Shown piece by piece: positions 48,101 to 57,184 of a stretch of 64,000 nucleotides of DNA (position 1 is the first letter of the stretch; every line of letters begins with the position of its first letter). A program made the position numbers and the translations under genes. A model generated the notes under the pieces. The model saw only the letters and a list, made by a program, of their open reading frames with translations, had not been told where the DNA came from and ran no database searches. The DNA is from a virus, in the IMG/VR virus record IMGVR_UViG_3300037963_005450, positions 1 to 64,000 of that record; one strand, given 5' to 3'.

Positions 48101-51100
48101 TATAAAGAAAACACCCAATGGAGTATTCATTACACTTCTTGCACTTTCACAAGAACCATATTCATTTGATAAATCTGAATTAACTATATTTTGTGGTTCT
48201 TGATTAAATAATCCACCATCACCTATAATAATTTTAGTATCTAAACTTGTTTGTAAAGTATCTACACCTTTAAATAATTTAGGAGATTCATATGGAAATA
48301 ACATAAGAGCTCCCGTTTGATTTATAGGTTTTATAGTATTAACTATGGATTTAAAATCTTTGTAATTAGCCGGTAAGAAAACTCTCCAAAAATCTTTTTT
48401 AGATTCTTGTTGAGCTCGTAATGAATATATTAATCTTTTAGGATAATATTGAAAACATTTTTCTGCTACTAATGGATCATAATCTCTTGGTTGTACTGTA
48501 CCAAAACTGCTTAAATTAGTTATAAATTTAGCAACACTTAATGAATAATCATATTTATAATAATTACCTTCTCTAATAAATTGAGCATCAAATAAAGTAT
48601 CAATATCTGCAAAATTTTGATGATCAAAATGGAATGTACTGAATGTATTATCTTTCCAATCTCTTTGTGCTACATTAATTTCTGATTCAACATAGAAATC
48701 TAAAATACCATTTACATGAGTATACATGTATGTATTTTTCATATTAAATATTGGCATTCTATCACCATCAAAATTTCCAAATACAGCATCCCATGCATTA
48801 TAATCACTATTAGAAGGTCTATCTAAATAAAACATACCACTGGGTAATATTTGTGCACCATATTGTCCTGCATTACTACCACCTAACATTGCGGTTGTAA
48901 ATTCTGTAAATTTTTCTATAACCTTACTAACATTATATCTTTGAGTATCCATCCAATATCTTGGTAATGGAATATTTTGATATCTTAAATAATCAAAAGG
49001 TGTTTCATCTGGTTGATCATATTGAAAGTTTGTAAATATTGGCATAATAGTTTTTTCTGTATACCTATTTACATAATTATCTCCTCCCCAAATTGGTTCT
49101 GAATTATATCTTTCTTGTGAATTACCTAAATCTTTATCGGGAAATAATTCAACACATCCTCTCATTTGGATTTGTCTAACACCTTCTAATTGACCATATT
49201 GATTATCTTGATTAAATTTTATTGCTCCATAGTGTGCAGATATATTAGTTAACCTCCATTTGCCAGGTTTTAATAATCCATCATCCCAACCAAATGAACC
49301 TAGTATAATTCTTGATACATCATTTTGAATTGGATCCGGAAATGGCTTTTCTGTTTCAACTGCTACAGTTTTAGGTCTTTGTAGATTATTAATTTTATAA
49401 CCACCTATAGTATTTCCACCTTGTGCAAATGCTGTAAATGTATTACCTATATAATTGGACGCAGTATTTTTTGTTCTAAATAAACTTCCAGATTGTCCTT
49501 CATAAAATTGTTTAAGAAAACCGTGTGAATTATATTTTAAGGCATAATCTTGAGTACTAATTAATTCATATATAAAATCAATTATTTTTTGTGCACCAAT
49601 AGAAGCTTGTTGCAAAAATTGCATTATTGAACTCATTAGATAAAATAATGGCGGCACTTCTTTTAATTCACTTCCTTCAATATCATAATGTTTTCCACCC
49701 CCTGATGTACCAGGAAAAACTCCTTGAATTCCATCAGAAACGTTTGCAGCAAGTTCTGTTGCAAGATATGTAGCAGATCCACCACTAACTATATCTAATG
49801 GAAAAGCTAGTGTATCTATAGCAGCATTTATTACAGCATCTAATGCTAAATCTGCTGCTACTTGAAGACCACTTGTTACACCAGATGCAGCAGAACTACC
49901 TCCATAAAAAGGTGCAATAACATACCCACTACCAACAGCAAAAGTTCCATTTGCACCTATATTAAGTTGCTTTATTGGATCATAAGTTTTATTCTTACGC
50001 CCTCTCATTTTTTCAAGACCATAACCTACACCAAATACACCGGCAACAAGAATACCTGAATTTCTTAATAGTTTATGTTGTGGGTGTTTTTCAGACTTTA
50101 TCCAATGCCCTGTTGATTTTCCACCTAATGAACCATACATTCTTGTCTCATAAGCATTTAAAAAAGGATTTCTAAAACTTAATTCAGGTGAATGAAAAGT
50201 AAATACATCTTGTTTATATCCATCTAAAGGTGGAAAAGCACTAAATGTATCATAATAACTTTCTTTACCATAAGATTGATTATCTTGGTTAGCATTAGGT
50301 TGAATAAAATATCTATCCTCTCTTAAATCATTATAAGGGTAATTAGGATATAATCCTTGCATACCCGTATCAGCATTATTAGCTCCATCAGGAATTACGT
50401 ATTTCCTCATATTTCTAAAAATACCTTTTCCTAATATAGATTTATTTCCTTCTCTTGTACCTCTTAAAAATTCATAACCAATAATATTTGGTATTATTGT
50501 ACCATCATTAAATAATGGTCTAGCTATATTTTTAAATTCTACACCTATTAATCTTATAGTTTCTCCTTGAGGATTTGATAAATGCAAATTATTACTGGTT
50601 TCTTCAGTTGGCATTTTATGATGCCTAATATGTTTACCGCACAAATCTCCCCAAATATCAGGTCTAGTAACAGGATATCTTTCTGTAGATTCCCAATATG
50701 CCATATCTCCTTTAGCAATTATAGTTCCACCATCATCTGTTGGAATATTTAAACCACTTGATGTTTCTATAGCCGTATTAAATACTTCAAAATTTCTTTC
50801 TGTAGATGATAATTGATTTGGTCCAGTACCTATTCCAAGTTCATCTATTACATTATTATATTGATCTACACCTGCTGGAAAAGTAGTTGCATTTCTAGGT
50901 GGTCTTCCTGGTATATGATATGATGCAGATCTTTCTCCTGTATTATAAATAAACCTAATAAAAAATGCATATTGCTCATCTCTTAAAAAAGTTGGTTTAT
51001 TTCCACCATTATAATAATATTTATTTGAATATTCTGCACACACCCAATGTGCAGTTATTTCATTTGCTAATGGTTGATAATTAAAATCAAATTGTTCTGT

Positions 51101-52111
51101 AGGTCCTTTTCTTATTAAATAATCATTAACTACAAACATAGCATCTGATTTTTCATATGCTGGGTTTTGTAATGGTAATAATTTTAAAGATACATTAGGT
51201 AATGCTTGATCAACATAATCAATATTTATTTTAGTTGTCTCTGTACTAAATAAACCAATCTTTTTAGCTTGAGTTTGTTGAGCATATATTGATAATAAAA
51301 CTACTTCATAATATTCAAAATCTTTATCTAAATTACTTACTTCAATATTTAATGAACATGCTGTATCATTATGATCCCATAAACTTTGAATGTTAGATAC
51401 CCCTATATAATCAGTTGTTTTTTGTTCATTCTCAGTATATGCAATAAATACTTGGTATGACCCATTTCTTAATTGTCCTCCATCTTCCGCCTTTGATATT
51501 TTTACACAAGGTGTATCTACTAAAGGAGCCAATCTAATTTTTTCACAATCTAAATCTGTTGTATCTTCATATATAACACAATCATCACCAATAGGTGAAG
51601 TTTGAATTTGAATATAAGGTATATCATTAATGTTCATAGAACGGGATGGATTAAAACCATCATCCCAATATAATTGCCATGTGCAATCATAATTTTCTTT
51701 AGCTGCCCCTTTAATTAAATGAAGTCTTTTAAAATTTAAACATAGATCATTAACAAGCGTTTCATATGTACACTCACTATCATCAAATAATCCAATTTCA
51801 GAATTATCATCATCTGTAGAAAAAATTGCCCATTTATCTTGATATAAATGTATTGCACCTATAACTGTATATGGAACATTAACACAATGTAAATTAGAAG
51901 GTTCATTTCCAATTACACCTAAATCCCCATCAATAGAATTATTAGCCGCATTTCTAGCATGAGTCCAAGATTGTTTATCTTCAAAACTGGGAAAAGGATC
52001 TTTTACCATCCCTTTTACAAACCCATTGGTTTCTATTGAAGATGTATTTCCAAGTTTAGCTTTCTTGGATTCAAATGGTGGCTGTTCTTTTTGTTTCCTA
52101 CGCTTTGCCAT
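45164..52111 (-). CDS. Tail muzzle / stabilisation protein (P22 gp10-like) with inserted domains (2315 aa)
   Basis: N-terminal FVKGMVKD...HARNA...G...NEPSN, beta-propeller-like content and SWTVSYD...WISFHDW; lies between a ring protein and the cargo genes. Confidence 0.75.
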   Translation of the reverse strand: MAKRRKQKEQPPFESKKAKLGNTSSIETNGFVKGMVKDPFPSFEDKQSWTHARNAANNSIDGDLGVIGNEPSNLHCVNVPYTVIGAIHLYQDKWAIFSTDDDNSEIGLFDDSECTYETLVNDLCLNFKRLHLIKGAAKENYDCTWQLYWDDGFNPSRSMNINDIPYIQIQTSPIGDDCVIYEDTTDLDCEKIRLAPLVDTPCVKISKAEDGGQLRNGSYQVFIAYTENEQKTTDYIGVSNIQSLWDHNDTACSLNIEVSNLDKDFEYYEVVLLSIYAQQTQAKKIGLFSTETTKINIDYVDQALPNVSLKLLPLQNPAYEKSDAMFVVNDYLIRKGPTEQFDFNYQPLANEITAHWVCAEYSNKYYYNGGNKPTFLRDEQYAFFIRFIYNTGERSASYHIPGRPPRNATTFPAGVDQYNNVIDELGIGTGPNQLSSTERNFEVFNTAIETSSGLNIPTDDGGTIIAKGDMAYWESTERYPVTRPDIWGDLCGKHIRHHKMPTEETSNNLHLSNPQGETIRLIGVEFKNIARPLFNDGTIIPNIIGYEFLRGTREGNKSILGKGIFRNMRKYVIPDGANNADTGMQGLYPNYPYNDLREDRYFIQPNANQDNQSYGKESYYDTFSAFPPLDGYKQDVFTFHSPELSFRNPFLNAYETRMYGSLGGKSTGHWIKSEKHPQHKLLRNSGILVAGVFGVGYGLEKMRGRKNKTYDPIKQLNIGANGTFAVGSGYVIAPFYGGSSAASGVTSGLQVAADLALDAVINAAIDTLAFPLDIVSGGSATYLATELAANVSDGIQGVFPGTSGGGKHYDIEGSELKEVPPLFYLMSSIMQFLQQASIGAQKIIDFIYELISTQDYALKYNSHGFLKQFYEGQSGSLFRTKNTASNYIGNTFTAFAQGGNTIGGYKINNLQRPKTVAVETEKPFPDPIQNDVSRIILGSFGWDDGLLKPGKWRLTNISAHYGAIKFNQDNQYGQLEGVRQIQMRGCVELFPDKDLGNSQERYNSEPIWGGDNYVNRYTEKTIMPIFTNFQYDQPDETPFDYLRYQNIPLPRYWMDTQRYNVSKVIEKFTEFTTAMLGGSNAGQYGAQILPSGMFYLDRPSNSDYNAWDAVFGNFDGDRMPIFNMKNTYMYTHVNGILDFYVESEINVAQRDWKDNTFSTFHFDHQNFADIDTLFDAQFIREGNYYKYDYSLSVAKFITNLSSFGTVQPRDYDPLVAEKCFQYYPKRLIYSLRAQQESKKDFWRVFLPANYKDFKSIVNTIKPINQTGALMLFPYESPKLFKGVDTLQTSLDTKIIIGDGGLFNQEPQNIVNSDLSNEYGSCESARSVMNTPLGVFFISQEQGKIFQTSGQGLVPISDAGMKWWFNKYLPCQLLKEVPSIEGKPIVDNPVIGVGCQTIYDPTDGIVYFCKRDYAVVEEFSGHILYDDDEGFQLNLTSYSGQPGVQTCPDGYSYNSQTGMCEKRTYSIPTLIGDNQYECNEGETLIQNSAGQWLCEFLDVIDPIISPRGINISLGDPIYFTDSSWTVSYDPKVKAWISFHDWHPELCLPSINHFLTTKSQDLEIQCDEGYTYNPATGMCERGTTIEEEKLAITTVDEVPATGTIVDDCPVGDLIFTKDDDIDDLTANWDRWCITAFGGRRQPSGSGPVVWSDVDQTTGIPSAAPGTYFDPASTYNLGTFNVPMQEGENVTTADGAPQNAAQSNQDYWWYNSAINKYIICINVRGTGSGNAWQWTTFDPRENYGNVGNPTSTEYLTTNQTWNTVPLDGNDYTIDSQGNVILASIKNAAFPKKVRMPINSGLVNGYWSKCEFGNYTHEVTLRSGNSDNDFIGVVLGAVKDVDGIYGPTNETHNLLLMFSNATQDSNGKGTISIYYNYGNSAYAFFDPANPGGQRPVLVKRVPSPWNGGAQTQGGSYDDQGSVRVKVEKTGTLIDIFTTETMGPQTDAAVAPGGTNQYNPTPVISIDLANVATWTDAPTFATGNELLKFQNNCKIGFFTFSQPATYFYDIAFEGEVQTRPGCDCPSGYTQVWENPATGYFTEPTGPCPGEIPLVCRKIECDCPPDPFGGNDPGTPSGSCDDVYLYGDPTYVNPSPLMCTYTKDDFESYFPPKSTGSIWRHNDRCDDFAGYYGVSYPWEIEFVENSGQVVNTLRSVEYQLESFVYKGDLRNGCGDDRYHDLFWNFDEAIIHNSEQVSGLLKLNLQPQLDPITALDYPIFNPADIDIIFNKVEQKYRFNMFWDITNDRGEFTNAEQQIWNTQLNGYIRDLNFLNLDYNKPAEQRKKFRHYYNKLILRRSTEGERNRKMLLKVANTKLNQSFR

Positions 52112-52121
52112 GAGTTATATA

Positions 52122-53018
52122 TTATCTTGTTGGTCTTAGAACAGGTGTACTAGAAAACATATCATAATATTTATGATACATTGCATTTCTATTCATCCAC
52201 CATACACGTTGTAATTCTTTAAAGTCCGGGGTATTAACAAAACTTAAAGCATTATTTCTTGATGCTCTATATCTATTTTCTACCATTGCTAATTGATTTT
52301 GTACAGGTTCTCCTGCAAAAATCATATTTTCTAAAATTCTTTGTTTTAAGCCATATTCATAATATTCATTACAATAAGGATGATCTAACACAAGTAAATT
52401 ACCATCTGCATCTTCCATAGCACCTTGATAACTTATATAAACTTTACCGCTTTTAAAATTAGTAATTAACCAACCATCTCTTATTTCTGCAATATCAGGA
52501 GCTTGTTCTGTTATGTTAGGACATTCACATTGTTCAGAATTAACATCTTGTATTCTTAATTTTCTAAACATAGTAAAAGTTCTATACTCAGCACTTCCTA
52601 TTTTTTGTACAACTTGATAAGATGTATTTTTATCTTCACATGGTTGAATAACACAAACTTCATTGCATGTTGGATCTTCACACGGTCCTGTATATCCAGG
52701 ATCTGGAACATAAGGTACTGGATTAGTTGTATCAACATGTGTACCAGATGGCATTTTTTGTGAAATAGTATAATCACCACAAATAAATGCATAATTCATA
52801 TATGCAAAGTCTGCAGGTAATTTAACTTTATTATGCTCTACATTTAAAACAGTTTGTTTAGTTCTATGAATTTTTAACCCTAAATCATAATTTATTCTAG
52901 TAGCAACTTTAATTAATTGCTGCGGATCAATCATACCTTCTAATGCATATGTATTAAAATCAATAGATACATCTTCTAGTAATTGATCAAAAGTTCTATA
53001 TTTATGTGATACACTCAT
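52122..53018 (-). CDS. Tail tubular / ring protein (P22 gp4-like)
   Basis: VKLPADF and ITNFKSGKVYISYQG...DGNLLV motifs; immediately upstream of the muzzle gene. Confidence 0.7.
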   Translation of the reverse strand: MSVSHKYRTFDQLLEDVSIDFNTYALEGMIDPQQLIKVATRINYDLGLKIHRTKQTVLNVEHNKVKLPADFAYMNYAFICGDYTISQKMPSGTHVDTTNPVPYVPDPGYTGPCEDPTCNEVCVIQPCEDKNTSYQVVQKIGSAEYRTFTMFRKLRIQDVNSEQCECPNITEQAPDIAEIRDGWLITNFKSGKVYISYQGAMEDADGNLLVLDHPYCNEYYEYGLKQRILENMIFAGEPVQNQLAMVENRYRASRNNALSFVNTPDFKELQRVWWMNRNAMYHKYYDMFSSTPVLRPTR

Positions 53019-53029
53019 CTTATTTTAAT

Positions 53030-53353
53030 TTACCATTTTACTTTATGTGACCAATATCTTGCAGAAAGTTTTGATGGTTTTGAATCTTGAGCATTATGTC
53101 TTGCATAATACGCTTTCTTTCTAGCTTTATCTTTTTTACTTTTAGGATTTTTACCAGCACCTTTTACCCCTTGTTGACCAAACCTTATTAATTTAGTTTT
53201 ATCTCCAACTTTAGCAACAACAACATGTGATTTTTTAGGATGATTTGGTGTACGTTTAGGTTTATTATATCCAGAAACACCAGCTCTTGTTAACTTAGAA
53301 TCTTTCTTTTTCTTAGTAGATCCTCCTTTTTTATATGTTTCTATTTTTCTCAT
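53030..53353 (-). CDS. Small Lys/Arg-rich protein (107 aa)
   Basis: KSHVVVAK...LIRFGQQG...YYARH...SARYWSHKVKW, a motif set I recognise from phage basic proteins; N-terminal YKKGGS. Confidence 0.8.
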   Translation of the reverse strand: MRKIETYKKGGSTKKKKDSKLTRAGVSGYNKPKRTPNHPKKSHVVVAKVGDKTKLIRFGQQGVKGAGKNPKSKKDKARKKAYYARHNAQDSKPSKLSARYWSHKVKW

Positions 53354-53592
53354 CTTTTTTTTCCTTTATGCAATCCATGTTTTGCGTGTTGTTTTCCTTT
53401 TTTTGTAGCTGCTCTTTTTTTTGCATTTGCAGCTGCTAACTTTTTTTTACCTTTTTTAGTGCTTTTAAGTTTAGCAATAGTTTTAGCTGGAGCATAAACC
53501 TCTCCTGTTTCTGAAGATTTTTTACCGCTAGCAGTTCTCCATTTTTGCTTAGTCCATCTATCTAAACTTTTTTGTCTTTTAGTTTTAGCCAT
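53350..53592 (-). CDS. Small Lys-rich protein resembling the C-terminal half of DUF5872-containing proteins (80 aa)
   Basis: QKSLDRWTKQKWRT.SGK....GEVY.P...KKR....GKQH; ATGA overlap with the next gene. Confidence 0.75.
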   Translation of the reverse strand: MAKTKRQKSLDRWTKQKWRTASGKKSSETGEVYAPAKTIAKLKSTKKGKKKLAAANAKKRAATKKGKQHAKHGLHKGKKR

Positions 53593-53747
53593 TATTTTTT
53601 ATGTTTGGTTTGCACATCAAAACTAGCATACAAACTTGCACCTTTATGAGGTACAAACTTTCCTGTATGTTTCATTAACTTTGGTGTTTTTTTACCATCT
53701 TTCATCCAATGAAATCCAGCTGGTGCTTTTATTTTTTTCTTTGCCAT
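53592..53747 (-). CDS. Small basic His-containing protein (51 aa)
   Basis: Not in the track. MAKKKIKAPAGFHWMKDGKKTPKLMKHTGKFVPHKGASLYASFDVQTKHKK fills the gap exactly and is TAATG-coupled to the next gene. Confidence 0.8.
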   Translation of the reverse strand: MAKKKIKAPAGFHWMKDGKKTPKLMKHTGKFVPHKGASLYASFDVQTKHKK

Positions 53748-53749
53748 AA

Positions 53750-53959
53750 CTATTTCTTTTTGCTTTTATATCCTCCACCTTTAGCTTTATATTGTTTAGC
53801 TAACATTTGTGCTTTTCTAGCAGACCATTGCCCAGGTTTTCCTCCTTTACTGCCAGCTTTAATTTTATTAAAAAGATTTTTACGCATAGTAGGTTTTGTA
53901 TAATTACCTGATGCATTTACCGTACTTTTTTTCTTTGTTGTTTTTTTCTTTGCTGGCAT
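53750..53959 (-). CDS. DUF5872-like small basic protein (69 aa)
   Basis: YTKPTMRK.LF..IKAGSKGGKPGQWSARKAQMLAKQYKAKGGGY signature. Confidence 0.8.
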   Translation of the reverse strand: MPAKKKTTKKKSTVNASGNYTKPTMRKNLFNKIKAGSKGGKPGQWSARKAQMLAKQYKAKGGGYKSKKK

Positions 53960-53962
53960 AAC

Positions 53963-54634
53963 TTATCTATTAACATTTTGTTTATTATCTGAATCTTCTG
54001 CTGGAATTTGAAGAGTATTCATCATTACTTGTAATACTTGTTGTTCTATTTCAGCAAATAAAGCTTCAGGTATATTAATTGCTTGCTCATATCTAGGAAC
54101 ACATTTTTCTTCTGCTCCACATAACCATGCTGATATATCATCATCAAAAACACCTTCTAATTTTACTGCATCCCAATCCATATCTGGGAAATATAAATAA
54201 TTATTTAAATACCAAAAATATTTTTTATTGTTGTATTTAAATGATGTTGTTTTAGTCATAGAAGTATATGTACCTGGTTGAGTTGGTTGTAATTCAATAG
54301 AACCATCTATAGAGCTGACCGTCCTAATTAATGGTCCCCAATAACCTTCTATCATATCTGGCAATTTTTCTGCTGTACGTTTTATTGTACAACCTGATTG
54401 AATTCCTGTACATTCTGCTTCAACTTTGTCTACTTCAATTAATTCAACAAAAGGTAAACTTTTCCAAACAGAATTAAACTTCATTAGTTTATTAGTACTA
54501 TCTTGCCTTCTCATTAAGAATTGGGCATACTTAGTAATCAGACTATAGATATATCTATCTGTTACAAAAGAATCTTGGTATTCAGCTTTTAATTGACCTC
54601 TTATTCTTGATATTACTTCACCTATTGTTGTCAT
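53963..54634 (-). CDS. Tail ring protein
   Basis: MTTIGEVISRIR..., IKRT..KLP, YFWYLNNYLYF and V.LEGVF motifs; synteny with the IHF-like and ring genes. Confidence 0.65.
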   Translation of the reverse strand: MTTIGEVISRIRGQLKAEYQDSFVTDRYIYSLITKYAQFLMRRQDSTNKLMKFNSVWKSLPFVELIEVDKVEAECTGIQSGCTIKRTAEKLPDMIEGYWGPLIRTVSSIDGSIELQPTQPGTYTSMTKTTSFKYNNKKYFWYLNNYLYFPDMDWDAVKLEGVFDDDISAWLCGAEEKCVPRYEQAINIPEALFAEIEQQVLQVMMNTLQIPAEDSDNKQNVNR

Positions 54635-55172
54635 AACTAATTTTTTCTTCTTTGGGTTTATTTTTATATAGATCTGCTATTCTATATTTATTTTTCATTA
54701 CAATATATTTTGTCCAAGTTTTTGGGTATTCTGAAGCTACAGCTCTTTTAAAATCTCTAACCGCAGTAAATTTCCATAACTCTCTATTTTTAAATCTATA
54801 TCGTGTACTATAATTTGTATAAAATATTTTACCTATATTACCATCAGTTTCCCAGTTTTTATTTTGTAAAACCTTTCCATATTGCTTTGATAATGAGTAA
54901 TTTGTATTTACACTCTTTGGAGGAGGGCATGTACCAATAAATAAATAACCCAAAAAATCAGGTAATTCAACACCATCTCTGTGTTCTATTACACCATTCC
55001 AAAGGTTTTTATTATACATAGTAATTATCTTTTTTAATTTTTCATTATCTATATTAGCATAAGCAGGTTTTTTGCTTTTAAACTCTTCAATTATTTCTTT
55101 ATTTAATAGCCCGTTTCTTTTTTCTCTATATCTAGGAGCATTTAAATTAGGTTTTTTAAAATTATTTATCAT
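54618..55172 (-). CDS. IHF/HU-like DNA-binding protein of the crAss tail module
   Basis: Helix pair then GVELPDFLGYLFIG and late WKFTAVRDFKR match an HU/IHF-type pattern; conserved position in crAss-like tail clusters. Confidence 0.65.
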   Translation of the reverse strand: MINNFKKPNLNAPRYREKRNGLLNKEIIEEFKSKKPAYANIDNEKLKKIITMYNKNLWNGVIEHRDGVELPDFLGYLFIGTCPPPKSVNTNYSLSKQYGKVLQNKNWETDGNIGKIFYTNYSTRYRFKNRELWKFTAVRDFKRAVASEYPKTWTKYIVMKNKYRIADLYKNKPKEEKISYDNNR

Positions 55173-55183
55173 AGCTACATTTA

Positions 55184-55194
55184 TAATTTACAAA
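55184..55194 (-). promoter_or_regulatory. Putative late promoter motif variant TTTGTAAATTA (copy 4)
   Basis: One mismatch to the consensus; about 12 nt upstream of the ATG at 55172. Confidence 0.5.
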
Positions 55195-55224
55195 AAAAAG
55201 AGCACTTATAAAAGTTAAAGTGCT
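55192..55224 (-). terminator. Rho-independent terminator after the phosphoesterase
   Basis: AGCACTT-N10-AAGTGCT followed by C and T8 on the minus strand. Confidence 0.6.
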
Positions 55225-55233
55225 ACTGTTTTA

Positions 55234-56439
55234 TTACGGTGAAAATGTTAATTCACATATATTTCCTTTTAGTGGGTCTTGTAATTCTAATTTTCCAGAT
55301 CTTTTATTTCCAACAAATTTATTATGTTTATGCCAATAATCTGATCTTGAAAGACTTGGTAATGTTTTATGAATAAATCCAGTATTTTCATTTGCTGTTA
55401 TATATTCAACTTTTCTATTGCTATGAAAATGACCAGTAAATAAAGTTCTATTTTTGCATTTACCCCATTCTATTGAAAATTCAGTTGCATAAACTAATGG
55501 AGTATTCTTTTTATTAACATCTCCATGTTCAAATGCGTTAAAGTTAACTCCATACATATGGACTTTTCTTTCTTCATATTTCACATCCCAAGTTATCTTT
55601 TTACTTTTTATAGTTTTAGATAATGCATGAGCAAGATGAAATGATGATAATCTATCATGATTACCCGGTATATATACAACTGTTATTTTTTCACAATGTT
55701 GAGCTAAATAATTTATAGACCAATGAATTGCATCAAATGCTTGAATATAAGCTTCTGTGGCAGTACAACTATTATCTACAGGTGTCCCGCTTGTAGTTGT
55801 ACCATTAAAAGTATCCATGTTAATAAGATCTCCTCCTACTACATAAAAAAGATTCTCTATATAATGAGAAGATGTAGCTCTGGTAATAAGATTTATTATG
55901 GTTTCTTCAAAATCTTTATCTATAGTATAATTACCTTCTTTACCAAAATGTATATCTTGTAAAGATAATACACCACAAACTTTTTGTTTTTTTCCTTGAT
56001 TGATTTTAATCTTAGGAATTCTATAAGTTTTTGGTTTCCAATGTTTTAATAAATCTTCTAAAACAGTTTCTGTATCAAATCTTTTTCTTGTAACTAATGC
56101 AGAAACTCTCCAATGATCTCCCATTTGTTTATTCCAATAACTGGATAATTTCCAAATAGAAGTATCTATTTTTAAAAGCTTAATTATTTCATTTGCACTT
56201 TTTGGTTCTTTATCAGTTTTAGCTTGAAATTTAGCTTCTCCTGATTCAACATTTACAGCTTGACTATAATCTCCCTCATCCTCTAATTTTTCTATTTCTC
56301 TTTTTCTAGCGTCTTCCTCTCTAATTTGTTTTCTTACTTCTAACCATTCTTCAACGCTAATGCCACATCTTTTGGCAGAAATTTCTGGAGATTTTTTTTG
56401 TTTTAATGATTCTAAAACTAATTTTTTTAATCCATCCAT
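55234..56439 (-). CDS. Calcineurin-like metallophosphoesterase with N-terminal HTH-like extension
   Basis: All five motifs present: QDIHFG, GGDL, PGNHD, EHGD, TGHFH. Confidence 0.9.
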   Translation of the reverse strand: MDGLKKLVLESLKQKKSPEISAKRCGISVEEWLEVRKQIREEDARKREIEKLEDEGDYSQAVNVESGEAKFQAKTDKEPKSANEIIKLLKIDTSIWKLSSYWNKQMGDHWRVSALVTRKRFDTETVLEDLLKHWKPKTYRIPKIKINQGKKQKVCGVLSLQDIHFGKEGNYTIDKDFEETIINLITRATSSHYIENLFYVVGGDLINMDTFNGTTTSGTPVDNSCTATEAYIQAFDAIHWSINYLAQHCEKITVVYIPGNHDRLSSFHLAHALSKTIKSKKITWDVKYEERKVHMYGVNFNAFEHGDVNKKNTPLVYATEFSIEWGKCKNRTLFTGHFHSNRKVEYITANENTGFIHKTLPSLSRSDYWHKHNKFVGNKRSGKLELQDPLKGNICELTFSP

Positions 56440-56463
56440 TTATTTGAGTGTTATAAAGTTCAG

Positions 56464-56474
56464 CAATATACAAA
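56464..56474 (-). promoter_or_regulatory. Putative late promoter motif variant TTTGTATATTG (copy 5)
   Basis: About 25 nt upstream of the ATG at 56439. Confidence 0.55.
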
Positions 56475-56505
56475 AAAGATGTTGATTGCCTGTTAATATC
56501 TTTTG

Positions 56506-56542
56506 AAAAAAAAAGGGAGCCCTAAATAACTAAGGCTCCCCC
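56506..56542 (-). terminator. Rho-independent terminator
   Basis: GGGAGCC...GGCTCCC stem followed by T9 on the minus strand. Confidence 0.85.
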
Positions 56543-56584
56543 AACGTTTGTGATAGAAAACCAACAAACCATCACTTGTTGTTT

Positions 56585-57157
56585 TTACAATGTTTTTGCG
56601 TAAACTACAATACTTTTACATGCACCAAACCCATCACTAGCATCTATTCTAAATTTATACTCTGTAGCTGGAGTTAAACCAGTTATTGTATAATTAAATA
56701 CCCCAGGATTAATTAAAGGACTGCTTGACCAACCTGTTGGTGTTGCAGTATCATGTAATACACTAAGTTGTGTTACACCAGGACCTTCTCCACCCCATAC
56801 AATAGTTATTGAATTAGCAGTAATTGTACTAAAATAAATATTTTGAACTGCATGTAAACCTGAAGGTTGACCATTACTTGATGTACATGGTATTAAACCT
56901 AAAGCTAAAACATGCATCATTCTTTGTAATATTGAATCAAGTCTTTCACCTGCTTGTATTACAAATGTATCTCCGTCTCCATTTTCTATCTCAGATGTTG
57001 GACCGCACCATGTTACACATTCTGCACATGTTACTTCATCACATCTTTCTGTGGTAGGATCAACGCAATCAGTATATGAACAAGGTGTTGTTAAGCCATG
57101 ATCTTGACATCCACAAGGATCAGAACTATTACATGTATTACAATTTCCACAAGCCAT
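56585..57157 (-). CDS. Cys-rich structural protein with C-terminal fibronectin type III domain
   Basis: 11 Cys in the first 51 aa; ITANSITIVW...YTITGLTPATEYKFRIDA is an FN3 signature. Confidence 0.8.
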   Translation of the reverse strand: MACGNCNTCNSSDPCGCQDHGLTTPCSYTDCVDPTTERCDEVTCAECVTWCGPTSEIENGDGDTFVIQAGERLDSILQRMMHVLALGLIPCTSSNGQPSGLHAVQNIYFSTITANSITIVWGGEGPGVTQLSVLHDTATPTGWSSSPLINPGVFNYTITGLTPATEYKFRIDASDGFGACKSIVVYAKTL

Positions 57158-57184
57158 AATTTATTTTTTTTAATTTATTTATAT

